From NCBI RefSeq assembly GCF_009834535.1, contig NC_045696.1, positions 28,212,001 through 28,276,000 of the forward strand: a stretch of DNA of 64,000 nucleotides. Reading direction: 5' to 3'. Shown in pieces: positions 13,328 through 25,625 of the stretch. Each line of letters opens with the position of its first letter. Within the stretch, counting starts at the first letter, position 1. The translations under genes were made by a program, and so were the position numbers. The notes below the pieces were generated by a model. It did not search any database. It had not been told where the DNA came from and saw only the letters and a list, made by a program, of their open reading frames with translations. Source of the stretch: Camelus ferus (lineage: Eukaryota).

Positions 13328-15903
13328 CTATAAAAGTTGGAAAGCTACACATACCTGGCATAGCCTTGTATGCCATTACTCTAATCACCTTACTTTCTAA
13401 ATTTAAATAGGTAAACTTGTAATAGCATATCATTTGGTGAAATATAATGAACTCTAATGATATTCAGCTACTAGCCAAGCTATTTTTAAAAATTCTGTCT
13501 CTAATAATTTTGAAACATGTGTAGATTAAAAAATCCCAAGCCATAGACATTAATTTGTTTGTCTACTTTAAATAAAATATTCATTTAAGTCTGATTTTTC
13601 ACAGATGAAAAAGGAAATCAGCAGATGTGTAAATTATACTTTGAAAGTAGAAATATAAAAGAAAGAATATGTTCAAATGGGCATCTTTTCAGATGTAAAT
13701 CAGTAGTAATCAGCAGTATGTATGCTACTTGCAAATTGGGATACTATGATATATTAAAATGTGCTAAAATGCCTTCTAAATAATGTCCAAAGTTGCAAGA
13801 GATTACATCTAAATACACAGCTTATAAACTAATTTGGGTGAATTGCTAAACCAGGTAAAGAAAATATATCTCAAAAGTTAAAAATAAATCTATATAAGAT
13901 AGTAAACTTGAGGAGAAAGTAAGGAACTTGAAAAAGATGAACTAAATTTGATACTAAGAAGAAGAGATGAGAACTTCATGGTACAGTAATTTTGGTAAGA
14001 TGATCACCATGAATGGAATGTTCATTATATGGAGAATTCTAATAAAAATTGGCATGGAGGAGGATATTTTACCGTGTATCAAGCAGAATTATAAAGCAAG
14101 GAAGATAAAAGTTGACAATAAATTGTAGAAGTGAAATACTTTGGCAGAAGATGAAAGCACAAACAACAAAACAGAAGAGAAATGGGGTAAGATTCTGTTT
14201 CAGTACTTTGAGATTAGAGAAAGTGTTAATAAACAGAATATTGCTACCTCTTACCTCTTATACTAAAAAAAACCCTGTAAATGAAAGCTCCAAATGTTTT
14301 TTCTGAAAAATGACAAAAAAATGTAAACTTACATTAAAACACTTATAAAATATCACATAATTTTTAGCTACAACAAACAGATGGATATGGATGTAGATAT
14401 ATAAAACACTATGTCACTACTACTTCTACGTATTGGAGGCTAAAGACCCAATCGATTTTCTGTATGTTCGTTATATTGAGGCTAACGGTCAGATGTTGTG
14501 ATTTGCCCTTCAAAAGACATAGCTGCTTATACTATTTATAGAGAACGCTGTACTAAACAAATTCTAACTTGTTTAAAAGGCACTCATTTCATCTGTTTTA
14601 AGGACTCCTTTAGGATCTACTTATAAAGCATAATAAAACAATTATTTTTAACTATATTCTTATTCATATACCATAGTTCTTAGGTAGTTAAATTCAGTTA
14701 AGCTGTAATGTTATTTGCTTTTATCCTAGACCAACCTCTGCCTTTATGAAAGCTAGCGTTAAAGTTGAGACATTTGCTCATTCTAGCGAATACAAAGTCT
14801 ACTTTCATATGGCACCATGTTGGACACCTAAAAGTAGATAAATCTACAATAGAAATTAAGAGCAAACATTATTTTTATTTAAAAAGAAAAAGAAATGAAT
14901 GCAACAGCAGTCATCCTCTAAGAAGGAAGGGATTGCAGAGTATACATTTTAATGTTAATAGTAAATATTTATAGCAATGTTTGTTTTAAACACAAAACCA
15001 AAATAGAGCAGCCATATTCTACTTACTGAGAGAGACAGTACAAAATTAACAGGTACCTAAAAATTGGAACTACTTAGATCCTAAGTTTGTTCTGTGCTAT
15101 TCATTTAGGCAAAACATGTCCAAATTTGAAGAGACACCATACTTATCCTCTACTTTGATTCTCCAAGCTTCACTACTAGCTGTTATCTTTTCCAAAAGTA
15201 TTCTTTTGGCCTGAGTCAACCTTTATTTTTAAAATTTGCTATTCTTATTCTATTTTTAATTTTTGATATTAATGTGTTTACTTATCAGAATTGAATTCTA
15301 GGACTTCCAGCCCTTCAAAACCCATGTTTCATTTTTAGACTCTGTGTTTAAAACATATTAAAAATCATTAATATGTGTGTATTGTAAATACAGGTGACTT
15401 TCTTTTTTCTCCTTCTTTTTTTTGTTCATCTGTATAACATTCCATGAGACACACATATTAATTTTGTTTTTAAAGGAGTAAAATTAAAAAGCAAATTTGA
15501 ATATTAAATCAAATAATCAAATATATATTTCCATTTTATCTCCTGTTATTTTTGTATCTTAGGAAGGTCACTAGCGTTTTGAAACTCAAATCATGGCTCT
15601 CTAACTGTGGAAGTAACTTTTACTATGGTAAGAGTAAAATGTGTGATAAGATTTTGTAAATGCCACATTTTGAAACTAAATCAATCTTAAAAGAGCACCT
15701 AGCTATTTTAACTGTATTCAACTATTTAATACTGGAAAAATTGTATATTCACTTTATAAATTGCAAATATGATCATCAAAGCTCTCTTTAATATTTGTTT
15801 AAAATCTTACAAAGAGATATTAAAAACACTAAGTTTCTAAAATAGGGAATAAACAATAAATAAGAATATTGCCATGCCAGGGAAATTTCAAGAATGGGCT
15901 TTT

Positions 15904-16038
15904 TATTTTTATTTTTTGGTGGGGGGACGAGGTAAGTAGGTTTTTCATTTATTTACTTCTAATGGAGGCATCAGGAATTGAACCCAGTACCTTGTGCCTT
16001 CTAGGCACACATTCTACTAGTAAGCTGTACCTCCCCCA
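15904..16038 (-). mobile_element. Camelid Vic-1-like tRNA-derived SINE
   Basis: A/B-box head on minus; TSD caagaa(tg/ca)ggctttt, where the difference is consistent with CpG decay. Confidence 0.8.
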
Positions 16039-16141
16039 CAAGAACAGGCTTTTGCAAATAATCAGTAAACAATTAGGGTATTTTAGGGCACAAAGAGAGG
16101 GCATAGGTTTATTGAGAAGGAATCTATGTAGCAAAACTTAC

Positions 16142-16489
16142 TTTCTATTTTTGCTAAGTTAGGCAGCTGTTAGATCATGAGAATGTCTTAGAAGCAGTTT
16201 GTCTTGATTCCAGCTAAGCATTTAACAAGGGGTTTCATAATTTCATTATATACAAGATAGAGAAAAAACTGACTAGATGATAGCACATTTCAGTGGATTT
16301 GTAACTACTGGAACAATTGGACTTCTTGTGTTTATTCATCAATATCAACCTGAGGGGGAACGCAAATGTCTTGTCACAAGCCTGTGCACTTGATCCTGTG
16401 AGGTTCAAAATATTATCAGTGAAAGAATCTTCATCAAATGCACAGCTGAGGTATAATTGAGCCAGAAAGCCAACATCTTGAAAAACTAA
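16142..16489 (-). pseudogene. RGSL1-like pseudo-exon 9
   Basis: Acceptor ttttcatattcag|, donor AAA|gtaagt. FQDVGFLAQLYLSCAFDED, PLR/VDIDE* and LKCAII*SVFSL, compared with recalled FNDLVSSAHMLQVNRAYNEN, PKLRVNVPE and FHGAIMSVFPV. Confidence 0.75.
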
Positions 16490-17484
16490 CTGAATATGAA
16501 AATGGGCACTCAAGATTTCAAAAATAAAATAGGCAAACACATTAATGCTGAAGTATAACATTGCATAATACAGTATTTGAAAATCAAGTTCAGATCAGTG
16601 AGAAACCACTTGTGTGGTTAGGTCAACCACAAGCTCCACATAAGCTGATAGTATGATGTGAAAACTAATAACGCTATCTCAGGTTGCAGTTACCCAAGTC
16701 CTGTGTTACGATCAAGGTATGTATTAGTCACACTACTCTCCTTTTAAGTCATTTCAAAATTGTAGATATTTGAAATTTCTATCTAGAATCCTTATATTTA
16801 AAAAAATCTGTAATAGAATCACTAATTTAGGGGCCAAAAATGATCATGAGCTTAATTTGAGCTCATCTTCAGTTTGAATTTTCAAGACATTTTTCCTGTA
16901 CAGAGTGTAAAAGGCAGAGATAGAAACACATTCAATTGATTATAAAATTCTGGTAATCTGAGAGCCATCATATTTTGCTTTTAGATAAAAGAAGAAATCC
17001 CCACAAATAACTTTATAGACTATATTGAATATTTACTATAACATAATCAAAGAATCCCATAAAACAATGGAATTACTGATATTAAAAAATAAAATTAACC
17101 TCCCTTCAGATTAAAAATTTATATGAAAGTCAAAGTTTTCAGATTATACAATATTGACTGATTAATGTTCTGCTAAAAATATCACTAAATCCTACCTGCT
17201 CAAAACAGAAGGAAATGATGGAGGTAGTATAAAGGATTAACAACAAATCTTAAGGTTCCATTATCCTTAATGGAATTAAGCACTAGAAATAGATGCAGCT
17301 CATGAATAATAAATCTTGCCAAAATGTGACCACTAGTTACTTTGCTTACATTACCAAATTTTAAGCACAATGTTTAGTAGACACAACCAAATAAATAACT
17401 CATATCCAAATGTATAGGTAAGTATTACTGTGATGTATGTTTGATAATTGGCTACAGGTAAAAGAAAAGTTATAGAAAATCATG

Positions 17485-18233
17485 TGTTCAAGTGTCTTAT
17501 AGAAAATACAGTGCTTAGCAGGGTGCTGCAAAAATCGATAATAAACTCTTTCAGTGATGACGTTGGTTAATGATTTACGAACTAATATAGAACATTAACA
17601 GCACATCGCTTAAATTTGCAAAATTTAAATGACTTGCTTTTTGACTAGGTATATGTATTTTAGTGGTAGTTAAGAAAGGTTTACAGATTGGAAAAAAAAA
17701 TCCATAATTTTGCTATCATCATCATCAGGAACAGCAATGTAGAATCTCTCAAGAAATTTTGAAAACTATTTTTTCAAAAAAGTAGTAATATTAGGCTTTT
17801 ATCAACAATTTTGCTGTAATATTTGAAATCCCATATGCTAAATTATATTACTGCTCATTCAAGATTTGGGGCATTCTGAAATGAATCACTGATCCATGAC
17901 CACAAAGTACTACTCTGAAATCTCAATATTATTAATGTCTTCTGGATCCATTGTGTGGTTTTCCTTAGAAGGAATTCTACTTTACAAAGAGTTACTAAAA
18001 CACCATAGGAAGAATCATAGTCCCATCTTCTTACACTATCCAGGAAGGATGTGGTTCATACCACATTCTACTCCAGGCTGAGTTTTCAACATGGTCACCA
18101 TTACTATAGATCATATTCGCAATAGTATCATTGCCATATAGCTCGTATACAGAGAAAAGTAAAAAGGACTTAAAATATTTCAATCTGGGTCCTGTGTTTT
18201 GGTATTTATTCTTATTCATGATTCTCTGAGCCT
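17485..18233 (-). pseudogene. RGSL1-like pseudo-exon 8
   Basis: Acceptor ctttattttccag|. (E)AQRIM...YFKSFL...ELYGNDTIANMIYSNGDHVENS, LKK*FSKFLE and ALYFL*DT, compared with recalled AVQKIS...VIKTFF...EEMLQCDAPIIKEIASMRHVTTS, KRQEFEDYL and NDLYFFSEM. The 3' end is approximate. Confidence 0.7.
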
Positions 18234-18689
18234 CTGGAAAATAAAGATATTCCAAAAATGAAGGCAGAAGCAAAGCTTAAAAAGAAATGGACATCACTTT
18301 TCTCTCTACATTTGCAACACTTTTTAAGCCCTCCAGTCTCCTCCTACCCTGCCCATGTCCTGGACTGTGCAGAGTCCCTCCACTGGAACAGTTCAATCTT
18401 GGCAACTCTCTTCCCCTACATAGAATAGTTGCTCTCTGGATCTGTCTCCCCTCATCCCACCTTAACAAATAACCTACTGCATGCCTCATTCTCATTCTGA
18501 ACTGTGAACTCCCTGTTGAGATTAAAATATTTCATCTGATAAACATCTCATGTTTTCCATCTGCTTCAAAGACTTGCATTTCATCTGGAAATCTTCATCA
18601 GATGCAACAGAACTCTAATTTTAAGCAATAATTCTTGGTAGGCTGTGAAATACTATATTCCATGGCTAAGTATGTTTTTGTGTTTTTTT

Positions 18690-20032
18690 TCTTAATTTTT
18701 ATTGAAGTGTATTTGATATACAATGTTAATTTCAGATATAGAGCGAAGTGATTCAGTTATACATATACTTATGTACATATTTTTTCTTTTCAGATGTTTA
18801 ACCATTGTATGTTATTATAAGAAATTGAAATAGAGTTCCCCGTACTATACAGGAAGTCCTATATAGTTATCTATTTTATATATAGTAGTATATGTTTATT
18901 AATCCCCAACCCTTAATTTTACCCTTCTCAGCCCTTTCCCCTTTGGTAACCATAGTTTGTTTTCTATGCCCATGAGTCTGTTTTTGGTTTGTAAATAGAA
19001 GTTGTATCTTTCTTTTTTTTTTTTAGATTCCATATGTAAGTGACATCATATGATATTTGTCTTTCTCTGCCTTACTTACTTCACTCAATATGATAATCTC
19101 TAGGTCCATCCATGTTACTACAAATGGCATTATTTCATTCTTTTTATAGCTAAGTAGTATCCCATTGTATATATATATAGCACATCTTCTTTATCCAGTC
19201 ATCTGTCGATGGGCATTTAGGTTGTTTCCGTGTCTCGGCTATTGTAAATAATGCTACTGTGAACACTGGGGTGCATGTATGTTTTCAAAGTATAGTTTTC
19301 TCTGGATATATGCCTAGGAGTGGGATTGTTGGGTCATATGGTAAGACTATCTTTAGTTTTTTAAGGAACCTCCATACTGTTCTCCATAGTAGCTGCACCA
19401 AACTATATTGCCACCAATAGTGTAGGAGGCACTTTTCTCCACACCCTCTCCAGCATTTATCCTTTGTAGACTTTTTAATGATGGCCATTCTGACTGGTAT
19501 GAAGTGATATCTCATTGCAGTTTTGATTTGTGTTTCTCTAATAATTAGCAAAATTGAGCATCTTTTCATGTGCCTGGTGATCATCTGGATGTCTTCTTTG
19601 GAGAAATGTGTATTTAGGTCTTCTGCCCATTTTTTAATTAAGTTTGTTTCTTTGTTTGTTTGTTTTTATTAAGCTGTGTGAGCTGTTTGTATATTTTGGA
19701 AATTAGTCCCTTGTTGGTCGTGTCATTTGCAAATATTTTCTCCCATTCCATAGGTTGTCTTTTTAGTTTGTTTATGGCCCTTTGCTGTTCAAAAGCTTTT
19801 CAGTTTAATCAGGTCCCATTTGTTTATGTTTGCTTTTATTTTCGTTACTCTAGAAGCCGGTTTGAAAAAACATTGCTGAAATTTATATCAAAGAGTGTTC
19901 TGCCTATGTTCTCCTGTAGGAGTTTTATAGCATCTGGTCTTATATTTAGGTCTTTAATCCATTTTGAGTTTATTTTTGCATATGGTATTAGAGAATGTTC
20001 TAACTTCATTTTTTTTACATGTAGCTGTCTAG
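18690..20032 (-). mobile_element. 5'-truncated L1
   Basis: Minus-strand ORF2 peptide at 19285-19584; 3'UTR and T-rich tail at the left end. Confidence 0.92.
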
Positions 20033-23000
20033 TTTTAGTCTCCCTTCAAATTTCTCTAGCTTGGAAAGCCTGAGCAGATTTTTTAGGTGGGAAGGAAGTC
20101 ATTGCTATAGGAAGCATTTAGATAGATACAATTATTCCAAAACTTCATGGTTTCCATTCTTAAGTATGGCGTATGACATTTGTAAGTGCAGTTTCTGGCT
20201 AAAGTTGATGAACCAGTTTGCTTTTTAACATTATCTATAGGTAACAGTTCAATGGACACTGTGAGCCCCAAAAAGGAGGGGAAGCATTCTATCTTATTAA
20301 GAAGCTTATGAAATTGCATAGTCAAGGATACAAAACACCCCAAAACTATAGGATGCATAATTAATAGTGGAGTTAGTAAGTGCAACTGAGGCATAAATTT
20401 TATTGAGGACAACAGAAAAGAATCATCTCTGGAAGGTGAGATTAGACTAGGGCAGAAATAGACTGGTTAAATTTATTTAAACATGGTCCACAGTACAGAG
20501 AAGAAATATAGATTTCTCAATATGAGAAAAAATATGAACAAACAAAATTTCAAGAAGGGACAATAAAAATGATTTAAGGTCTAAATGAAATGATTAGTGG
20601 ACAGAGATTAAAAGACAGTATCCATTTAATTTGGTGAAAAGACTAATGGGAAATTCAATCACTTGAGAGCATCTATAGGGTAAAAAGGAGGATAAAAGGA
20701 AGCAAATTTTAGGTTAGTAGAGAGAAAATAACCAGGAGTAATGGGATAAAATTGAGTATAGGAAATTTTTGAGTGACTGTCATAGAAAAGGCAGCATTGT
20801 TAGGTCTGTTAGGCTGAGGAATTGTTTCCTAAGAGACATAGCAAAAAGCCCCTTCGCTTGAGCCATTCATGTAGTCCAGACAAAGAAGTGGGTAATGGTA
20901 TAGGAAACAATTCTATATTCACAAAATTATGGGCATTATGATCCAATAGCTCCTATCCTCCCAGCACAAAAAGTCTCTAATGCATATAATTCTTTGGCTT
21001 CCAGCTTTTGTATTTTCTCTTTTTAGAAAAAGCTGATAGAACACTGAACAGGGACCCTGAAAATGGACTTCTTCCATGTACCACTTCAAAGGCTTTTATA
21101 ATTGCATCACTCCCTTGTATCCATATTATTTACTATGTTAATCTTTGTGAATTAAGATTCTTTAAGCAAGAGAGATATTCAAATTTATGATTTCCAAATA
21201 AATGTTGGTTTACAATACAAGAATCTATGTGACATATTTCATTGATCTATTGACAAACATAAAACTCAATAAAGTTTGCTTTTATGCCCTTGGTTTGATC
21301 ATTCTTTCAAGATATCTTGCAATCATAATAGAATTGTAATTTATCTAGTATTTAAACAGCTGAAAAAATTTTAGCATATAAAATCATTTTCTTTACACAT
21401 TGTCCCATAAAACTGATAGTCACAAAAATGATTGTGATACATGTGTTCTATCTTCAGAATGATTTCATTAACAACATTGTATATTTTGTTTTATTCTCAT
21501 GTATTTAATCTGATTTAAAAGAGGGGAATCTACATATTTGATGAAAATTGTAAAAAGTGATCATCTAAAATAACTTGGTCCCTAAATGTGCTGGACAAAT
21601 AAGAAAACTTAACCTAAATAATCGGATAATGTTTTTTGTCATGAAGGTTTTTATTCAGGAGCATGAAAGGATTTACTTGACCTGACATATGAAGTAACAT
21701 AGGGCTGAGCTGCTCAAAAATAGTTGATTGTATTTTAGAGTTTTACAGGTATATTTAATATTTCTTATTATCCTCTAAGGAAACTCCAGCTTGACAGAAT
21801 TAAGTGATTGTTCAGTAATACCCAGCTGATATGGGAATAAGATGCTGATACCATGTCTTTAGTCTGTAAACACTGCTATCTTTATACTTCATCATTTGAG
21901 CTCTCATAATAAAATAGGCAGTAAACTTTATAAATAATCATTTCTTTTTCAGTTTGTGGGATTATCCTTCCTGGATATGAAACAACACGGAGTAACTGAA
22001 GAAGAAACAAACTGTAAGTCACAAGGCAAGAATTCTACCACTGGTCTGCTGCTAGAGCTTGGGTAAGCAGTTTAATTTTATAAGTCTTAGCTTCCTCAAC
22101 TATCGCCAGTTTGGTTACATAGTTTAAGGATACTATTCAACTCAAAATGTGATTCAAAGCTATAGTGGCATAATTTTTAAACAATGTGAGGTCATTTCAA
22201 AATTGTTTCTAATTTTATTTTTACAATTTTATATTTACCACTTTCTTTAATTCTGAAAGGTTAGCCGATACACTTGAAAATTCTTTATTTGCCCAATAAA
22301 TTAAATTAGCTAACTAGATGATAGGTGTTGTTTAATGAGGATGTTTGCAATTAATCATGAATATTAAGCAATTTCTGTGAAAACATTTCTAACATTTTAA
22401 CATATATTTACATTTTTAGCCTTTGAAATGAGTGAGATTGATAATCTATATTTTTCCTATTAGGTATTAAAAACATCAAGGAATCAATGTCAATCTCCCA
22501 TCAAGCTTAGGGATTTATATTTTTCAGCAGTAGCACAGTGATAGAGTTTATGTTCCTGCTCTCTTCTGCACAACTTAGAGAACTATCAATTTCCAGACTT
22601 GGCACTTTAAGAGGATATAATAACCTGGGGTGTTTCCAGAGAAGAATGACTTGGAGGGTAAGGAGAGCCAAAATAATATAATATGCTTACAATATTGGAG
22701 AAATTGGGGATGTTTATATTGCAAAATTAGATTTAGACAGGTTTTTGATAGCCAATAAATTATTTTTGCCTTTACAAAATTACTTTTGTCTTTATAAAAG
22801 GGGCTTTATGATCAATATCCTGGAGCAAATAATGTACCAGTACAAAGAGTTGTGTGATAAAGCAAAGTTAATTATTTTCCTGTCCTCTTAACATGAGGGT
22901 ACACCCTTGTGTAACATTATCCACTACACACAAATTCAATATGGTTGTCATATATTAGTGAAAATCACATTTTTCTGTAATTTTAAAACTAATCCACTTA

Positions 23001-23635
23001 TCTAAGAAAAAAAATGGTGCCTTTGGAAGATTCATAAATGTATGGAGCTGTCAGGTATTATGTCAGTCTCTGCAGACATAGCATGAAATAAACCTACAAA
23101 TTTCTTTTCCCCATAGGTTGAAACAGATCATTAAGAAAACAAATAGAATTGAGTAACTATAGACCATGCCAATTTATATTAAAAAAAAAAAATGCACAGT
23201 AGATGACAAAGAGAAAAGGACCAGAGTACACAGGTGGGCAGAGAAAGACTCTTTGAGGAGGTGACATTTAAATGAATATCTTACACATAAGAATAAGTCA
23301 GCCATGTGTAGAACTAGAAGAAACACAACTCAGGTACAAGGATGAAAGAGGAGAAGAGTAGGCTTAGGGAGCACAGTGTAAAAAGAGTAGAGGGTTGGGG
23401 TAGGCGGAAGGACCTATACAGATGGATGGGGAAGAGAGCCTTGGTGATAACGGTTAGATAAGTGCTTGTTATTTCATCAGGGGCAGAAATAAATATGAAG
23501 GTAAGATATGAGTGAATTATTCCTCATATATATGCTAGAGGCAGGAGAAGGATGAAATTCAGAATACTATTGAATCTTGGAAAATTATCTCAGAAGTACA
23601 GGGACTTTTGAGGATCATTTCCTTCTATGTCCCAC

Positions 23636-24300
23636 ACTCATCCACACAAAAGCCTGCACACAAATATTTTTAGCAGCTTTGTTCATAATTGCCAAAACTT
23701 GGAAGCAACTAAGGTGTCCTTCAGTAGATGAATGGATAGATAAACTGTGGTACATCCAGACAGAGACATATTAATCAACATTAAGAAGAAATGAGCTATC
23801 AAACCATGAAAAGACATGGAAGATGCTATAAAAATGTATATTACTAAGTAAAAGAAGGCAAGTATGAGAAGGCTACATACTGTATGATTTCAGCTACATG
23901 ACATTCTGGAAAAGGCAAAACAATGGAGACAGTAAAAAAGATCAGTGGTTGCCGGAGGCTGAGGGGTGGAGGGATGAATAAGCAGAGCACAGAGCATTTC
24001 TAGAGCAGTGAAATTCTGTGATATTACAACGGGGGATGCATGTCATTCCATATTTGTCAGAACTCATAAGAATGTACAAGAGCAACAATGAACCCTAATG
24101 TAAACTCTGGACCTTTGGTGATTATGATGAGTCAACGTAGGCTCGTTAATTGTAACAGATGCACGCTCTGTCACGGGATTGGTGGGGGGTGTTGATAACA
24201 CAGGAAGCTATGCATTTGTGGGGACAAGAAGTGTATGGGGAATCTTTGTGTGTTCTTCTCAATTTTTCTATGAACTTAAAACTGCTCTAAAAATAGTCTT
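23636..24300 (+). mobile_element. Old L1 3' end (L1MC1/2-like)
   Basis: HTKACTQIFLAALFIIAKTWKQ and a 3'UTR with atgagctatcaaaccatgaaaagacatgg. Confidence 0.8.
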
Positions 24301-24529
24301 TAAATTATAACAATTTAATAATTCAATTCTCAAATAATATATAAATATGTGAAAAGCTATGACCTTTGTGGGTCTTGACCATTCACTCATTCATGCAGTA
24401 TTTACCGAGTCCTTCTCATGTGCCAGGAACTCTTGTAACCAAAAGGAACAAGAAAACCAAAAGTGCATTTCTTCACTGAGCTTGTACTCTAGTGGAAGAG
24501 ACATTCCAGTTAAATCTTGTATAGCTGTG

Positions 24530-24790
24530 ATAGCCTTTTTCATATTTGATTTCAGATTCATTTTCCACCCTTTTCTGCTCTGATCTGTATATCAGGTAAT
24601 TATACCCTGTCCCCAGGCTTTCTTAATCTCAGGTTCCTGGGGAGGCTTTTCCAATTGGGGGCACTTATGGAATAGGAGGTGTGAGGAGAGAAGAGCCACG
24701 GAGTTTCATGCCTCTTTCTACATTTGGGGCTTCTCTCAGAGCAGCTGTGCCTCTTGCTTCCTCCAGATCTGCAGCTCTTGCTTGACAGTC
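24530..24790. mobile_element. Old ERVL LTR fragment (LTR33-like)
   Basis: Resemblance by eye. Confidence 0.4.
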
Positions 24791-24797
24791 CCCCAGA

Positions 24798-25625
24798 GAA
24801 ATGCAAATTAAATGTAAATTTTAAACATAATGAGATACCATTTCACATCCAGACCGACAAAAATTTAATAATCGGACAAAACCAAATGCTGTCAGGGATG
24901 AGAAGCAATGGGAAAACTTGTATTATTTTGGTGGGACTTGAAATTGGTAAAAACATTTTGAAAATAAATCTGAATTTCATAGAGAAGTTGAAGACAGACA
25001 AATCCTACTACTCATCGGTTCTAATTATACACTCTAAAGATACATTTGCACATGTGAACCTAGAGAAATGTACAAAAATGTCCCTTGCATTACTGATATT
25101 TTGTAATAGAAAAATATCTCCAAATCACCCTAATAAGCATTTAGAGGAGAATAGATAAATGAATAAATTAAATTTGGGGTTTTTTTTTTACATTCAATGG
25201 AATATTCTATCAAATATGAATAAATAAATTTGTCTTGAATTAACATGAATACTTTTTTTAAAAATGCACTTTGATGTAAGGTAAGCAATCATAATCTATC
25301 ACAGAATACCCATATACACATGTAGTATAATTCCAATCATATAATGCTCAAAACATGTAAAAATAAATATTTTTCATATATGCAGACAGAAATGCTAAAG
25401 TACTTATTTAAAAAATAAAGCAGAAGTAAAAACAAAATGCATGGTAGAATTTTTGGGAGGGAAGGATTAGGGAAGAAGATGAATTTGAGTATGGAATCTC
25501 AGGCATTTACAAGGTACTAGGTGATATTCTTTCTCTTAAGATGATGAATGGATACATGATATTTACTTTTTATTATTCTTTCTCTCATACTTATAATTTA
25601 TCTAAATATTATTTTGCATTTTTTC
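24798..25625 (+). mobile_element. Very old L1 (L1ME-like) 3' end
   Basis: gaaatgcaaattaaa...tgagataccatttcacatcc and a decayed 3'UTR. Confidence 0.65.

Noticed and set aside
16235..16561. Resemblance of SCAFDEDSFTDNILNLTGSSAQAC to the FAM194 domain (ERICH6/C3orf20)
   Set aside because: It fits only one segment, whereas RGSL1-like similarity explains this exon in three blocks and all the other exons in order.
18031..18273. Resemblance of EAQ...GP...YE...SNGDH to CatSper epsilon
   Set aside because: Not colinear with neighbouring exons; better explained by the RGSL1-like alignment.
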